DNA of 64,000 bases, taken from assembly GCA_001784285.1 (NCBI GenBank), contig MFQC01000003.1, positions 221,517 through 285,516 on the forward strand. The letters are read 5' to 3'. The translations under genes and the position numbers were made by a program. The number at the start of each line of letters is the position of its first letter. Position 1 is the first letter of the stretch. The notes under the pieces are model-generated. The model did not search any database and was not told the DNA's origin. It worked only from the letters and a program-made list of their open reading frames with translations. Of the stretch, positions 37,740 to 47,050 are shown in pieces. This stretch comes from Candidatus Magasanikbacteria bacterium RIFCSPHIGHO2_02_FULL_48_18. GTDB taxonomy: Bacteria; Patescibacteriota; Patescibacteriia; Magasanikbacterales; UBA922.

Positions 37740-37812
37740 TGCCGTCTTAGCTCAGTTGGTAGAGCGCCGCCATGGTAAGGCTGAGGTCTCGGGTTCGATC
37801 CCCGAAGACGGC
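37740..37812 (+). tRNA. tRNA-Thr (anticodon GGT)
   Basis: Manual cloverleaf: acceptor GCCGTCT/AGACGGC, D stem GCTC/GAGC, anticodon loop AT-GGT-AA, T arm TCGGG-TTCGATC-CCCGA, discriminator T. No encoded CCA. Confidence 0.85.
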
Positions 37813-37978
37813 TCGAAAAATATGGAGGCTGGTCGGTTCTCTCTTCGAGCAGATCACAACCGAGCTGACGGCACGAACCGAAGCCGCCGTGGCGCGCGGG
37901 GCTGAGGACTCCTTCCTCACCGCCCTCCGCGCCCACATCGAGAGGGCGCTCGGCGTCACCCTGCCGCCGCTCTCCTGA
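37813..37978 (+). pseudogene. high-GC 3' gene remnant (C-terminal about 50 codons ...EQITTELTARTEAAVARGAEDSFLTALRAHIERALGVTLPPLS*) abutting the tRNA 3' end
   Basis: Strong GC3 bias. The reading frame runs back into the tRNA, so there is no possible N-terminus. Confidence 0.4.
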
Positions 37979-38116
37979 CCGAGCACACACCGCCCCGCCA
38001 GGCGTTCAACATTGTCGACCAATCTGGCGGGAGCGGTTGACACATTATATTTTTCTCCCGTTGAACTCTCTGCAAAATATTGATATGATCTCTGTATTTG
38101 AAAGATAATTCTCCCT

Positions 38117-38814
38117 ATGAATGTTACTGTCGCCCTTGTCCAATATGCTATTGCTCACCTTGAACCCAAAACAAATATAGAGCGGGCCGAATATTTTATA
38201 CAAAAAGCATCCAAAGAACACGCAAACGTCGTCGTGTTTCCTGAAGATTTCATCACTGCGTCAATTTTTGGCAATCAAGAAAATCTGAATCATGGCGATG
38301 AATACCGCCGCACATTCCAAAGGTTCTTGGGATCTACCACAAAAATCATCCCTATATTTCTGAAAAATCATTCATAGACCCGGGGACGGATATTACCGTA
38401 TTTAACACCGCATACGGCAAAGCCGGCATTATTATTTGCTGGGACATTGTATTCCTGGAGATATTTGAACGAATGAAACAATTGGGAGTGCGTGTCGTCT
38501 TTTGTCCCAGTTATTGGTATAAAGAAATTGCAGGAGAAGGCGCTAAATGGAATTCCACGTGTGAAGAAGATCATATTGACGCCCTCTGCCGTACGCGAGC
38601 CCTTGAAAACAACATCATGTTTATTTACGCAAACGCCGCCGGCGTGATGAAATTTCCAAACGGAACTGTGGATACCCTCATTGGACACTCGCAAATAACA
38701 CTCCCCATTGTTGGGCCGGTTGCAAAAACAGAACATAATAATGAAACCATGATCGTGCACACAGTGGATCTTTCTATTTTGGATATTGGCAGAAAAGAAT
38801 ACTGGCTCGTATAA
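38117..38814 (+). pseudogene. nitrilase-superfamily carbon-nitrogen hydrolase, frameshifted
   Basis: N-part (VVVFPEDFI, catalytic Glu) stops at 38375-38377. The catalytic Cys region (KAGIIICWDI) continues in the +2 frame from 38374. The junction lies in the poly-A run ctgaaaaatca. Confidence 0.7.
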
Positions 38815-38883
38815 CAACAACACTGCTATTGCATTTTGTGCATCATTATTATTGGACAATATTTTTTCCTAAATTTTTAACAG

Positions 38884-38914
38884 AAAACCCCCAGCTTGCG
38901 CCGGGGATTTTTTA
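38884..38914 (+). terminator. Rho-independent terminator after nitrilase-family gene
   Basis: aaaaccccc-agcttgcg-ccgggg-attttttat. Confidence 0.5.
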
Positions 38915-39013
38915 TACTTTTGATAATTTTTGCCGTTCCAAAAATTTATCCTGCACCTTTCCCGAAAATCCCGTAGCTTACTACGGGAATGAGGGAGCTG
39001 AAAGGTACGGGAT

Positions 39014-39259
39014 TTATTTGCTTTCCATGTCTCCGCTTTTGCACACCTTGCATTTGCATTTAAAGAGTGACATCACCGCGGCAAGACCGACCAACACATA
39101 GACCAAATTTTCCAGCCAGCTAACGCCTCCAAGAATAAGATTGACCACGTTCCAATTTCCTCCAAACCACCCCCCAAGGCCAACCAAGCCCCAGTTAAGG
39201 CCACCGATGACGAGGAGGGCAAAGCCTACTTTCGTTCCGGTGCATTTTCCTTTTTGCAT
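39014..39259 (-). CDS. DUF378 family small membrane protein
   Basis: FALLVIGGLNWGLVGL...NLVYVLVGLAAV pattern. Start MQKGKC at 39259. ORF track extends to 39421. Confidence 0.65.
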   Translation of the reverse strand: MQKGKCTGTKVGFALLVIGGLNWGLVGLGGWFGGNWNVVNLILGGVSWLENLVYVLVGLAAVMSLFKCKCKVCKSGDMESK

Positions 39260-39287
39260 ATGCAAAAATTTAAAAATAATTCTTTCT

Positions 39288-40253
39288 CTATTGTCTTCCG
39301 TTTTTTTGCATTCTTTTTCTGCGGATAACTCGACGAACAAGATACACGACAAGAAAAAGAAGAAGCCACAGCGGTATATAAATGACCACCCAAATAATGG
39401 CACTAACCAATCCCTTCCCAAGATCGGTCAAACTGCGCATCGCCTCTTTTACAACCGCAATAGGTTTCCAAGAATCGGAATCATCAATTGCCGGAAGCCC
39501 TTCCGGATCGGTCGACAGATACACGGTGAGTGTTGACAGGTCCGCGCTTTGTTTTAAATATTTCATGCGTCCTTCAATTTGTTCAATGTGCGCCCGCACG
39601 GTCGTGAGTTCTCTTTGGACTGCCAAAATATCATCAATTCTAATCGCTTTTTTCATAATTTCCAAAAACTGGCTCTCTGCCGCGCGAAGATTTCCGAGCT
39701 GAGCGTCAAGATCAACATATTCTTCCGTCACATCTTGTCCGTTGACCGAGCGATTCTCCACCTCTCCCATGTTGCTCACGGCCGCAACCGCCGCGTCAAA
39801 CCGCGCAGATGGGATGCGAATAGTAATACTTCCTGATGGAGCAATATCGGCTTGTGAAATTTGGCTCGCGACGACAAATCCTTTTTCTTGACCCGCAAAG
39901 GCGCTAATATCCGCTATCGTCTGTGCGACGTCTTCTACCACCATTGAGAGCGATCCAGTTTTAATAATAAGCCGATTGACTGATCCGTCGTCCGGCTGTC
40001 CCGGTTCTTTTGGACCCGGGGTAGCGGCTTCAAGATCTGCTTTTTGATCGCCAAGTCTATCTAAAGACAAACGCTGTGTCACCCCTCCCAGTGCACCTGT
40101 CTGAGATTCGGATTCGTCGCCTTCATAATATTGGTTATAGGGATAAGAAGTACCCATGGATGTTCCGTAGTAAAATAACACCTTGAACACCCCAACAATA
40201 ATCAAAAGGAGTAATAAAATTCCTCCCAGCCCATACAACATTTTTTTGTTCAT
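39288..40253 (-). CDS. DUF4349 domain membrane protein
   Basis: N-terminal TM, then DVTEEYVDLDAQLGNLRAAESQFLEIMKKA...AVQRELTTVRAHIEQIEGRMKYL typical of DUF4349. C-terminal TM. Confidence 0.7.
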   Translation of the reverse strand: MNKKMLYGLGGILLLLLIIVGVFKVLFYYGTSMGTSYPYNQYYEGDESESQTGALGGVTQRLSLDRLGDQKADLEAATPGPKEPGQPDDGSVNRLIIKTGSLSMVVEDVAQTIADISAFAGQEKGFVVASQISQADIAPSGSITIRIPSARFDAAVAAVSNMGEVENRSVNGQDVTEEYVDLDAQLGNLRAAESQFLEIMKKAIRIDDILAVQRELTTVRAHIEQIEGRMKYLKQSADLSTLTVYLSTDPEGLPAIDDSDSWKPIAVVKEAMRSLTDLGKGLVSAIIWVVIYIPLWLLLFLVVYLVRRVIRRKRMQKNGRQ

Positions 40254-40494
40254 AGAGGATACGTATAAGAGTTAAAAAGAATTGCCTTGAGTATAGCAAA
40301 AAAACAAAAAATAGTCCACGCGATGTGGACTATTTGAAACAGGTTCTAAGCACCCTATCTGCCTTGATTATGGTTCAAAACAGAAGAGGATGGTCGAGTG
40401 TGGGCTAGGACTCGACCGGCAGAGGCGTTTGCGCCTCCTTGTGGAAGAGTTCATCGAACGAACAGCGGGGCCCAGACCGCTGTGGGTGGGGGGA

Positions 40495-41949
40495 TTAGGC
40501 CTGCGCGACGGCCGGGAACGTGGTGATGGAGGTAGAACGGCTGGCCTGCATCGGCTCAACCGCTACCCCCGCCAGCACCTTGCCCGTGACCTCTTCAATA
40601 CCCCCATAGTGGGGGTATCCGGCCTCACGGTAATCCCGGATCATGTCGACCAGGACTTGCAGGGCGGCCCGGAGCTGGTCACCCTGCTTGGAGTGGGTCA
40701 CCCGAAGGCCACGGATGACCTGGCCGTTCTCGATGTCCTGGAAGCCGGACAGTGGGATGCAGTAGGTGAACTTCGGAAGATCACCGTTCCGCTCCCCGTC
40801 CCGAGCCGCGGCGATCGACGCGAGCAGACGGTGGAGAAGGAGCTGGACCTCGTCGAGTTGGGGGTCCTCGAACACCACGACGTCGTAGTAGGCCCCCTGG
40901 CCGGAAATGAGCCGAAGCCCAGAGACGTACCCCAGAACTTCTCTCGCGATGCGTCGGTTGTCGGCCATCTCCTGGTTGAGCGCCCAGAAGTAGGCAGGCA
41001 ACCCCTCCGGCCCGAAGTCGTTCACGAGTACAGCGAGGGCATGCTGTACGTTCATGAAGTTGTTGACTCCGAGCCAGAGGTTGCTCCAGGGGACCAGAAG
41101 TTGCCGGATGCGCCGGTCGAGGGTCGTGAGTCGGCCGAGCCGCGCAGACGTGATGCAGGCCGTCTTGGACCAGGCCGCGGTCGAGATCGTCCGCGAAAGC
41201 CCGAGTTCGAGGATTGAGCGCGGCAGTCCATCGCTGACGCCGTAGTACTCTTCGTCCGCAAGGACGCACGTCTCACGGCGTTGCGGGTCGAGAAGAAAAT
41301 CTCTGACTGCTCCGAGCTCATCGTCGTCCCAGTTCTTAGCGGTCGGGTTTCCCGGCCGCTCGATGACGACGAGACGGCTCTCCTGCTTGACCCGCCGCAA
41401 CAGACTCGGCGTCACACGGAATCCCTCGCTAGGGTCCGTGGTGATGGCCTGCACCGAACGGCCGAGAAGCTTGCAGATGACCGGTGTGTTCGGCCAGGAA
41501 GGCCGAAACACGGTTACCAGATCTCCTGGCCGTGTGACGAGATTGATCGCCCCAAAGACAGCCCCGATCCCCCCGGGGGTGATCATGCTGTCCTCGGAGG
41601 TGATCCGGACTCCAGTCATCCCTGTCAGGTTCTGGGCGAGCGCGTCGAGAAGCACCTGCTCGCCGAAGGCCTGAGGGTAGGACTCGGGGTGACGCGGGTC
41701 GGCCACGATCGCGCGATAGATGCGATCCGGCGGCAAACGCGACAGACTGCCGACCGCGAGATGTGTGACCGGAACGCCGAGCTTTTCCGCGGTGCGGACG
41801 AGTGGGCGAAGCCGCCGAAGAATCGGCGTCTCGCCCATCATGACCAGGTTTGTCGGGTTCAAGTGGTACGCCCCCTGGCTCGGGCGTTCCACCGTGGTTC
41901 TTGCGCCATAGCCAAGGGCGGCCATAAGCGCTTCACCGGTTGGAGCCAT
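40495..41949 (-). CDS. class I/II PLP-dependent aminotransferase, high-GC foreign gene
   Basis: AWSKTACITSARLGRL (PLP-lysine motif SxSKxxxxxGxRxG) and ERPGNPT. GC3-biased codons, roughly 62% GC versus about 45% background (visual estimate). Start MAPTGEAL at 41949. Confidence 0.8.
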   Translation of the reverse strand: MAPTGEALMAALGYGARTTVERPSQGAYHLNPTNLVMMGETPILRRLRPLVRTAEKLGVPVTHLAVGSLSRLPPDRIYRAIVADPRHPESYPQAFGEQVLLDALAQNLTGMTGVRITSEDSMITPGGIGAVFGAINLVTRPGDLVTVFRPSWPNTPVICKLLGRSVQAITTDPSEGFRVTPSLLRRVKQESRLVVIERPGNPTAKNWDDDELGAVRDFLLDPQRRETCVLADEEYYGVSDGLPRSILELGLSRTISTAAWSKTACITSARLGRLTTLDRRIRQLLVPWSNLWLGVNNFMNVQHALAVLVNDFGPEGLPAYFWALNQEMADNRRIAREVLGYVSGLRLISGQGAYYDVVVFEDPQLDEVQLLLHRLLASIAAARDGERNGDLPKFTYCIPLSGFQDIENGQVIRGLRVTHSKQGDQLRAALQVLVDMIRDYREAGYPHYGGIEEVTGKVLAGVAVEPMQASRSTSITTFPAVAQA

Positions 41950-42182
41950 AACTGCTCTCCTCTGGTTTTTGGTTTTGGCAGTCCCCTTGTGAAACTGCCG
42001 TGAATGGCGTTTTGCCTCAAAACCCAAATTCGGACAGACAGGATGTCCAAAACAGGGTCGCAAAAACGAGGGCGCCACCCTCGTTGAAGCCCGCGGTCCT
42101 CCATCTCCGCGGTTGAGAAAAAGTAAACTTGATTTTTGATGAACAAAGGACTTTACCCCGACAAAAGTCGGGACAAAGATCC

Positions 42183-42267
42183 TGGTGGGCCGGGCAGGAT
42201 TCGAACCTGCGAAGGCAGAGCCAACAGATTTACAGTCTGTCCTCGTTGACCGCTTGAGTACCGACCC
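42183..42267 (-). tRNA. tRNA-Tyr (anticodon GTA), long variable arm, CCA encoded
   Basis: Manual fold: acceptor GGGTCGG/CCGGCCC, anticodon stem ACAGA/TCTGT, loop CT-GTA-AA, T arm GCAGG-TTCGAAT-CCTGC, 85 nt. Confidence 0.85.
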
Positions 42268-42271
42268 CTCG

Positions 42272-42344
42272 AGCCATCTCGGGGATTCGAACCCCGGACC
42301 TTCACTTTACAAAAGTGTTGCTCTACCAGCTGAGCTAAGATGGC
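42272..42344 (-). tRNA. tRNA-Thr (anticodon TGT)
   Basis: Acceptor GCCATCT/AGATGGC, D stem GCTC/GAGC, anticodon loop TT-TGT-AA, T arm CGGGG-TTCGAAT-CCCCG, discriminator T. Lies 4 nt from tRNA-Tyr. Confidence 0.85.
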
Positions 42345-42349
42345 GTATG

Positions 42350-43264
42350 TTATGAAGAAGCCATGTGTTCTATTTTATCTTTGAGAATGTCAATTTTTTG
42401 ATTTTCCGGATTCACCATGCGCAACTGTTGCAAAGCCTGCTCTGCCAATTTTTTATCTCCGGCAAGTATACTGACCTCTGTGAGATTGTCAAGATATTTT
42501 GGATTTTGAGGCTCAAGTTCCACAGCTTCTTGTATGGCCGCAAGCGCGCTTTCTTGCTGTCCCGCCTCTCGCAACACATCGGCAAGCCGCGCAAAGCGGC
42601 TTGAAATATTGGGATTAAGAAGAATGGCTTGCTGATAGTATTCAATTGCTTGAACCACATTCCCTTCTTCTTCCTTCAATTCGCCCAGCCGGACAAACGT
42701 TTGATCCTCCTCCGGATCAAGCTGAATCAGAAATTGAAATGTTTCCTCCGCCTCATCAAATTTTTTTAATTTGTAATACACATCGCCAAGTCCGCGATAC
42801 GCGTCCACATTTTTTTGATCCAGCCGAATAACGGAGAGAAATTTTTCTTCCGCGTCTTCGTACGAGCCGTTCGCAAGCGCAAACTGCCCCTCCTGGAGAA
42901 ACGTGCGAATGTCTTCGGCCTGGGTTTTGTCTTTTGTTCCTGTGCCGCTGAATCGCCGTATTTTTTCTTGCATCAATAACCGTTCCACTTTTCCCACATA
43001 CTGACGAAATTGCAACTGGATGTCTTTCAGGCGTTGAAAAAACGGCCGCAAGCGCGCGGATAATTCTTTTTGGGATACCTTTGCTTTTTCTTCAACGCGT
43101 TTTTTCCAGAACTCGTCTTTTTTCCGCTCCAGTTTCACTTCCGGCAAATTGTCCACGTCGAGGAGAGAAATGCGCGGAAATTTTCGGATAACAATAACAA
43201 TGATCGTGGCTAACGAAAGAAGAATAAGAAAAAAAGGGAGAATCGTTGCCATACAAACACTCAA
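42350..43264 (-). CDS. TPR-repeat protein with N-terminal TM anchor
   Basis: Multiple TPR-like AxxAxxxYxxA repeats (AYRGLGDVYYKLKKFDEAEETF...). Confidence 0.75.
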   Translation of the reverse strand: MSVCMATILPFFLILLSLATIIVIVIRKFPRISLLDVDNLPEVKLERKKDEFWKKRVEEKAKVSQKELSARLRPFFQRLKDIQLQFRQYVGKVERLLMQEKIRRFSGTGTKDKTQAEDIRTFLQEGQFALANGSYEDAEEKFLSVIRLDQKNVDAYRGLGDVYYKLKKFDEAEETFQFLIQLDPEEDQTFVRLGELKEEEGNVVQAIEYYQQAILLNPNISSRFARLADVLREAGQQESALAAIQEAVELEPQNPKYLDNLTEVSILAGDKKLAEQALQQLRMVNPENQKIDILKDKIEHMASS

Positions 43265-44008
43265 TCAAGCAAGAGAGGCGCCGATTGCGTGAACAAGCGA
43301 GAGAAAAGAGTCGTACGTGGTGGACGCGCCGCCGACCAATACCCCGTCAACGCACGAACGCGAGGTATAGGATACTATATTTTCCGCGTTCACGCTACCC
43401 CCGTACAAGAGCGGAACGTTTGCACTGGCGTACTGGCGCACTTCTTCCCGGATCCATCCGTGCACGTCGTCCACATCGGCCGGAAGACATGGTTTGCCGG
43501 TTCCAATGGCCCACACGGGTTCATACGCGATAAACCACGATTTGTCCGACAGATCCATACCCTGAAGCGCGGTCATCAGTTGTTTTTTCAGACGATACTG
43601 CCGCTTGCCGCGGTCGAGATCCTCGGCGGTTTCGCCAATGCACAAAACGGGAGCAAGGCCAACGTCAAAACAGGCCTGCATTTTTTTCCGTATGTCCGGA
43701 TCCGATTCGCCAAAAATATGCCGTCGTTCCGAATGACCCACAAGCGCGTACGACGCGCCCGCTTCCCGGAACAAGAGCGCGGAAAGCGCTCCGGTATACG
43801 CGCCCTGCGGCACCCACGCCACATTTTGAGCGCCGAGCGATACGGAAGAGCCTGTGAGCGCGTCTTTCACCCGTGTCAATGCAAGACTGTCGGGAAACAC
43901 CGCCGCGGTTATGGCCGCGACATCAAATGAAATCGTCGAAATCTTTTTTGCGAGAGTCGCCGATTCTTCAAGAGAAAGATACATTTTCCAATTCGCGAAA
44001 AAAAACAT
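43265..44008 (-). CDS. tpiA: triosephosphate isomerase
   Basis: ANWKM, VGHSERR, IAYEPVWAIGTG motifs. Confidence 0.95.
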   Translation of the reverse strand: MFFFANWKMYLSLEESATLAKKISTISFDVAAITAAVFPDSLALTRVKDALTGSSVSLGAQNVAWVPQGAYTGALSALLFREAGASYALVGHSERRHIFGESDPDIRKKMQACFDVGLAPVLCIGETAEDLDRGKRQYRLKKQLMTALQGMDLSDKSWFIAYEPVWAIGTGKPCLPADVDDVHGWIREEVRQYASANVPLLYGGSVNAENIVSYTSRSCVDGVLVGGASTTYDSFLSLVHAIGASLA

Positions 44009-44012
44009 AGGG

Positions 44013-45272
44013 TTAAAATGTTATGGTCTCTTTTTTGACATCTCCAATAATCGCAATCCGCATTTCATGCATGCGAAAAATTCTCTTTGCAAGCGCCTGA
44101 ATCTGTTCTTTGGTCACGCGGTCAATTTTTTTCAAAACATCTTCCGGAGTTTCCACCATCGGATAAAAGAGCGCTCGTCTCGCATACCAATTGGCTTGCG
44201 CGCTGGAATCTTCCAATGACAACGTTACAGAACCCCGGATATGCGTTTTTGCGTCGCGGAGTTCCCGGTCTGTTACCGGACGTTCAACCATTTTTTTTAT
44301 TTCCTGCGCAATCACAGATAATGCTTTGTTGATATTTTTTGATTCAAGACCGGCTCGAATATATTGATATCCCGTATCGTGAAACGCTTCTGAGCCGCTT
44401 CGAATCATATAGGCAAGGCCGCGCCGTTCCCGAATTTGGATAAACAAACGCGAACTCATGGACGCGCCAAAAATGGCATTCAAAACAAAAAGCGTGTCAT
44501 TTTCTTTGGCCGCGTGCGCAAACCCGGGAAAACCAATCATGAGTTGCGTTTGATCGGTTTGTTTTTTTTGCAATCGTATCCGCTGTATTTTTTCGCCTGG
44601 GCCATATTGAAAGTGACGAAACGCGGCCGACGGACGCCGCGCGGATTGTTCTTTTGCAAAATACGCGTCAATAAGGGTTGTAATGTTTCCCGGAATATTC
44701 CCCGCAATAACAACGGTCATATTCCTCGGGACATAGTATTTTTCTTTATAGGCCAACACGTCTTCCCGGCGGTAGCTTTTCACATGCGTTTCCGTTCCGG
44801 CGATATCTCTCCCCAAAGGACAGCCCGCATACAGCAAATCTTCAAAAACATTTTCAATGTTCATAAGCGGGTTGTCGTTGTACATGCGAATTTCCTCTAT
44901 CACCGGCCCTTTTTCTCGCTCCATTTCTTTTGGGTCAAAGAGGGAAGAAAAAAGCATGTCGGACAAAATATCAAGCGACGTTTCGAGGTACTGCGCATCC
45001 GACTTGATATAATATCCCGTGTATTCTTTTCCGGTAAACGCATTATATTCCGCGCCCAGGCGATCAATTTCTCTCGTCAAAATCAGCGTATTTTTTCGTT
45101 TTTTTGTTCCCTTAAACATGAGGTGCTCAATATAGTGGGACACACCGGCCAATTTTTCCGGTTCATACCGTGACCCAACCGGGTACATAACCAATGTGGT
45201 CGCGGAATGGGTATCTTCTTGTGGAATCAATATGACCCGTGCATTGTTTTTTAGGGTGTATGAGGTAAACAT
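44013..45272 (-). CDS. M16 family zinc peptidase (insulinase-like)
   Basis: Inverted zinc motif HYIEHLMFKGT (HxxEH). Confidence 0.9.
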   Translation of the reverse strand: MFTSYTLKNNARVILIPQEDTHSATTLVMYPVGSRYEPEKLAGVSHYIEHLMFKGTKKRKNTLILTREIDRLGAEYNAFTGKEYTGYYIKSDAQYLETSLDILSDMLFSSLFDPKEMEREKGPVIEEIRMYNDNPLMNIENVFEDLLYAGCPLGRDIAGTETHVKSYRREDVLAYKEKYYVPRNMTVVIAGNIPGNITTLIDAYFAKEQSARRPSAAFRHFQYGPGEKIQRIRLQKKQTDQTQLMIGFPGFAHAAKENDTLFVLNAIFGASMSSRLFIQIRERRGLAYMIRSGSEAFHDTGYQYIRAGLESKNINKALSVIAQEIKKMVERPVTDRELRDAKTHIRGSVTLSLEDSSAQANWYARRALFYPMVETPEDVLKKIDRVTKEQIQALAKRIFRMHEMRIAIIGDVKKETITF

Positions 45273-45275
45273 ATT

Positions 45276-45590
45276 TTATATATATTTTTTCCAAACTAGG
45301 TCACCGATAAAATAAAAAAGAAAAAAATAAAAAAGTGTGTTATAGAAAAAAGCGTCTGCCAAAAACTCATCTTCGATAAAGCTGATATGGCCTACCACAG
45401 ATACGGAAAAACTATCAACCAAAAAGATAACAGGGAAACCAGCTACTTTACTCGGACAAAAATTATTTTCAATTCCCGGACAATCTCTGTGTAATTCACG
45501 GTGTATAAAAACAGAAAAATAAGAAACAACACAAGCAGTGACTATAAGAAAACAAAAAAAGAAAAATCTACGGGACTTCTGAATAATCAT
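45276..45590 (-). CDS. hypothetical small membrane protein
   Basis: Overlaps the glyQS stop by 4 nt. Hydrophobic. Confidence 0.35.
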   Translation of the reverse strand: MIIQKSRRFFFFCFLIVTACVVSYFSVFIHRELHRDCPGIENNFCPSKVAGFPVIFLVDSFSVSVVGHISFIEDEFLADAFFYNTLFYFFLFYFIGDLVWKKYI

Positions 45591-46954
45591 ACCTTCATCT
45601 TTTCCTTTATATACGCCTCTAATTCTTCAACCGCCACTCGTTCCTGTTCCATCGTATCCCGATCGCGAACTGTCACTTTTTTGTCTTCGAGGCTATCAAA
45701 ATCTACCGTCACACAAAATGGTGTTCCTGTTTCGTCCTGACGGCGATACCGTTTGCCAATCGAACCGGTTTCGTCGTACTGAGTCATCCATGTGGCCCGG
45801 AGGGTTTTTTGAATATCTTTCGCGAGCTGTTGCAGCGGCTCTTTTTTGGAAAGCGGTAAAATGGCGGCTTTTATGGGAGCCAATTGTTTGTGGAGCCGCA
45901 GCACCACTTCTTTTTCGTGTTTTGCGTCGTCGTCGCCGCTCCGCGCTTCCACCTCTTGATACGCATCAATCAAAAAAGCAAGGGTTGCCCGATCGGCGCC
46001 ATCGGATGTTTCCACAATATGTGGGGTATACCGCTCGCCCTTTTCCGGATCAAAATATTCCAAACTCTGTCCGCTAAACTCCTGATGGCGCGACAAATCC
46101 CAGTTTCCCCGATCGTGGATACCGGCCAATTCTTTAAAGCCTTGATCCGGATATAAATATTCAATGTCAGCCGCTGCTTTGGCATAGTGGGCCAATTCAT
46201 GCCCTTCGTGGTCTCGAAATCGCAGGTGATCTTTTTTGATTCCCAAATCTAAATACCATTGCATGCGCCGCGCTTTCCAATCTTCAAAATACGGACCGGT
46301 TTCTCCGGGCGCCACAAAAAATTGCTGTTCCATTTGTTCAAACTCGCGCGTGCGAAAGGTAAAGTGCCCTGGCGTAATTTCGTTGCGGAAGGCTTTCCCA
46401 ACCTGCGCGATGCCAAACGGCATCTTGAGCCGCATGGACTGCTGCACATTGAGAAAATTGACGTAAATGCCTTGACAAGTTTCCGGTCGTAAATAAATTT
46501 GACTTGCGTCATCTTCGACGGCGCCCATAAACGTTTTGAACATCAGGTTAAATTTTCTGACATCGGTAAGCTCCCCACCGCAACTGGGACAAACCACGGA
46601 TTTATCCCACGCGCCGGGCCGAAAATCCGGTTTCATGCCTTTTGCTTCCAACAAATGATCGGCACGCCACCGTTTTTTGCAGACTTTACAATCCACCAAG
46701 GGGTCGGTAAAGCCTTCCACGTGACCGCTGGCTTCCCACGTTTTGGGGTGCATAAGAATGGCCGAATCAAGCCCAACAACATCATCCCGATCTTGGACCA
46801 TAGCCTTCCACCACATGCGCTTTACATTATTTTTTAATTCCACGCCAAGAGGACCATAATCATAACACGACGACAAACCGCCATAAATTTCCGACGACTG
46901 AAAAATAAACCCCCGTCTCTTTGCAAGAGATACAATAGGCTCAAGTGACTTCAT
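45587..46954 (-). CDS. glyQS: glycine--tRNA ligase (alpha2 dimeric type)
   Basis: MKSLEPIVSLAKRRGFIFQSSEIYGGLSSCYDYGPLG N-terminus and class II aaRS motifs. Confidence 0.95.
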   Translation of the reverse strand: MKSLEPIVSLAKRRGFIFQSSEIYGGLSSCYDYGPLGVELKNNVKRMWWKAMVQDRDDVVGLDSAILMHPKTWEASGHVEGFTDPLVDCKVCKKRWRADHLLEAKGMKPDFRPGAWDKSVVCPSCGGELTDVRKFNLMFKTFMGAVEDDASQIYLRPETCQGIYVNFLNVQQSMRLKMPFGIAQVGKAFRNEITPGHFTFRTREFEQMEQQFFVAPGETGPYFEDWKARRMQWYLDLGIKKDHLRFRDHEGHELAHYAKAAADIEYLYPDQGFKELAGIHDRGNWDLSRHQEFSGQSLEYFDPEKGERYTPHIVETSDGADRATLAFLIDAYQEVEARSGDDDAKHEKEVVLRLHKQLAPIKAAILPLSKKEPLQQLAKDIQKTLRATWMTQYDETGSIGKRYRRQDETGTPFCVTVDFDSLEDKKVTVRDRDTMEQERVAVEELEAYIKEKMKV

Positions 46955-46993
46955 AGAACAAAAGAATAGTGGTGGTAGTATACCAACCGTGAT

Positions 46994-47023
46994 TCAAAAT
47001 AAAAAGACCATTGGTATGGTCTT
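46994..47023 (-). terminator. Rho-independent terminator after dtd
   Basis: aagaccat-tggt-atggtctt hairpin with a U-run on the minus strand. Confidence 0.5.
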
Positions 47024-47050
47024 GGGATCGTTACTCATACGACAAGACTA

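Noticed and set aside
37684-37905. ORFs overlapping tRNA-Thr (37684-37905 +, 37736-37990 -, 37747-38043 -)
   Set aside because: They run through a well-folded tRNA and the GC-rich remnant. They are artefacts of the ORF caller.
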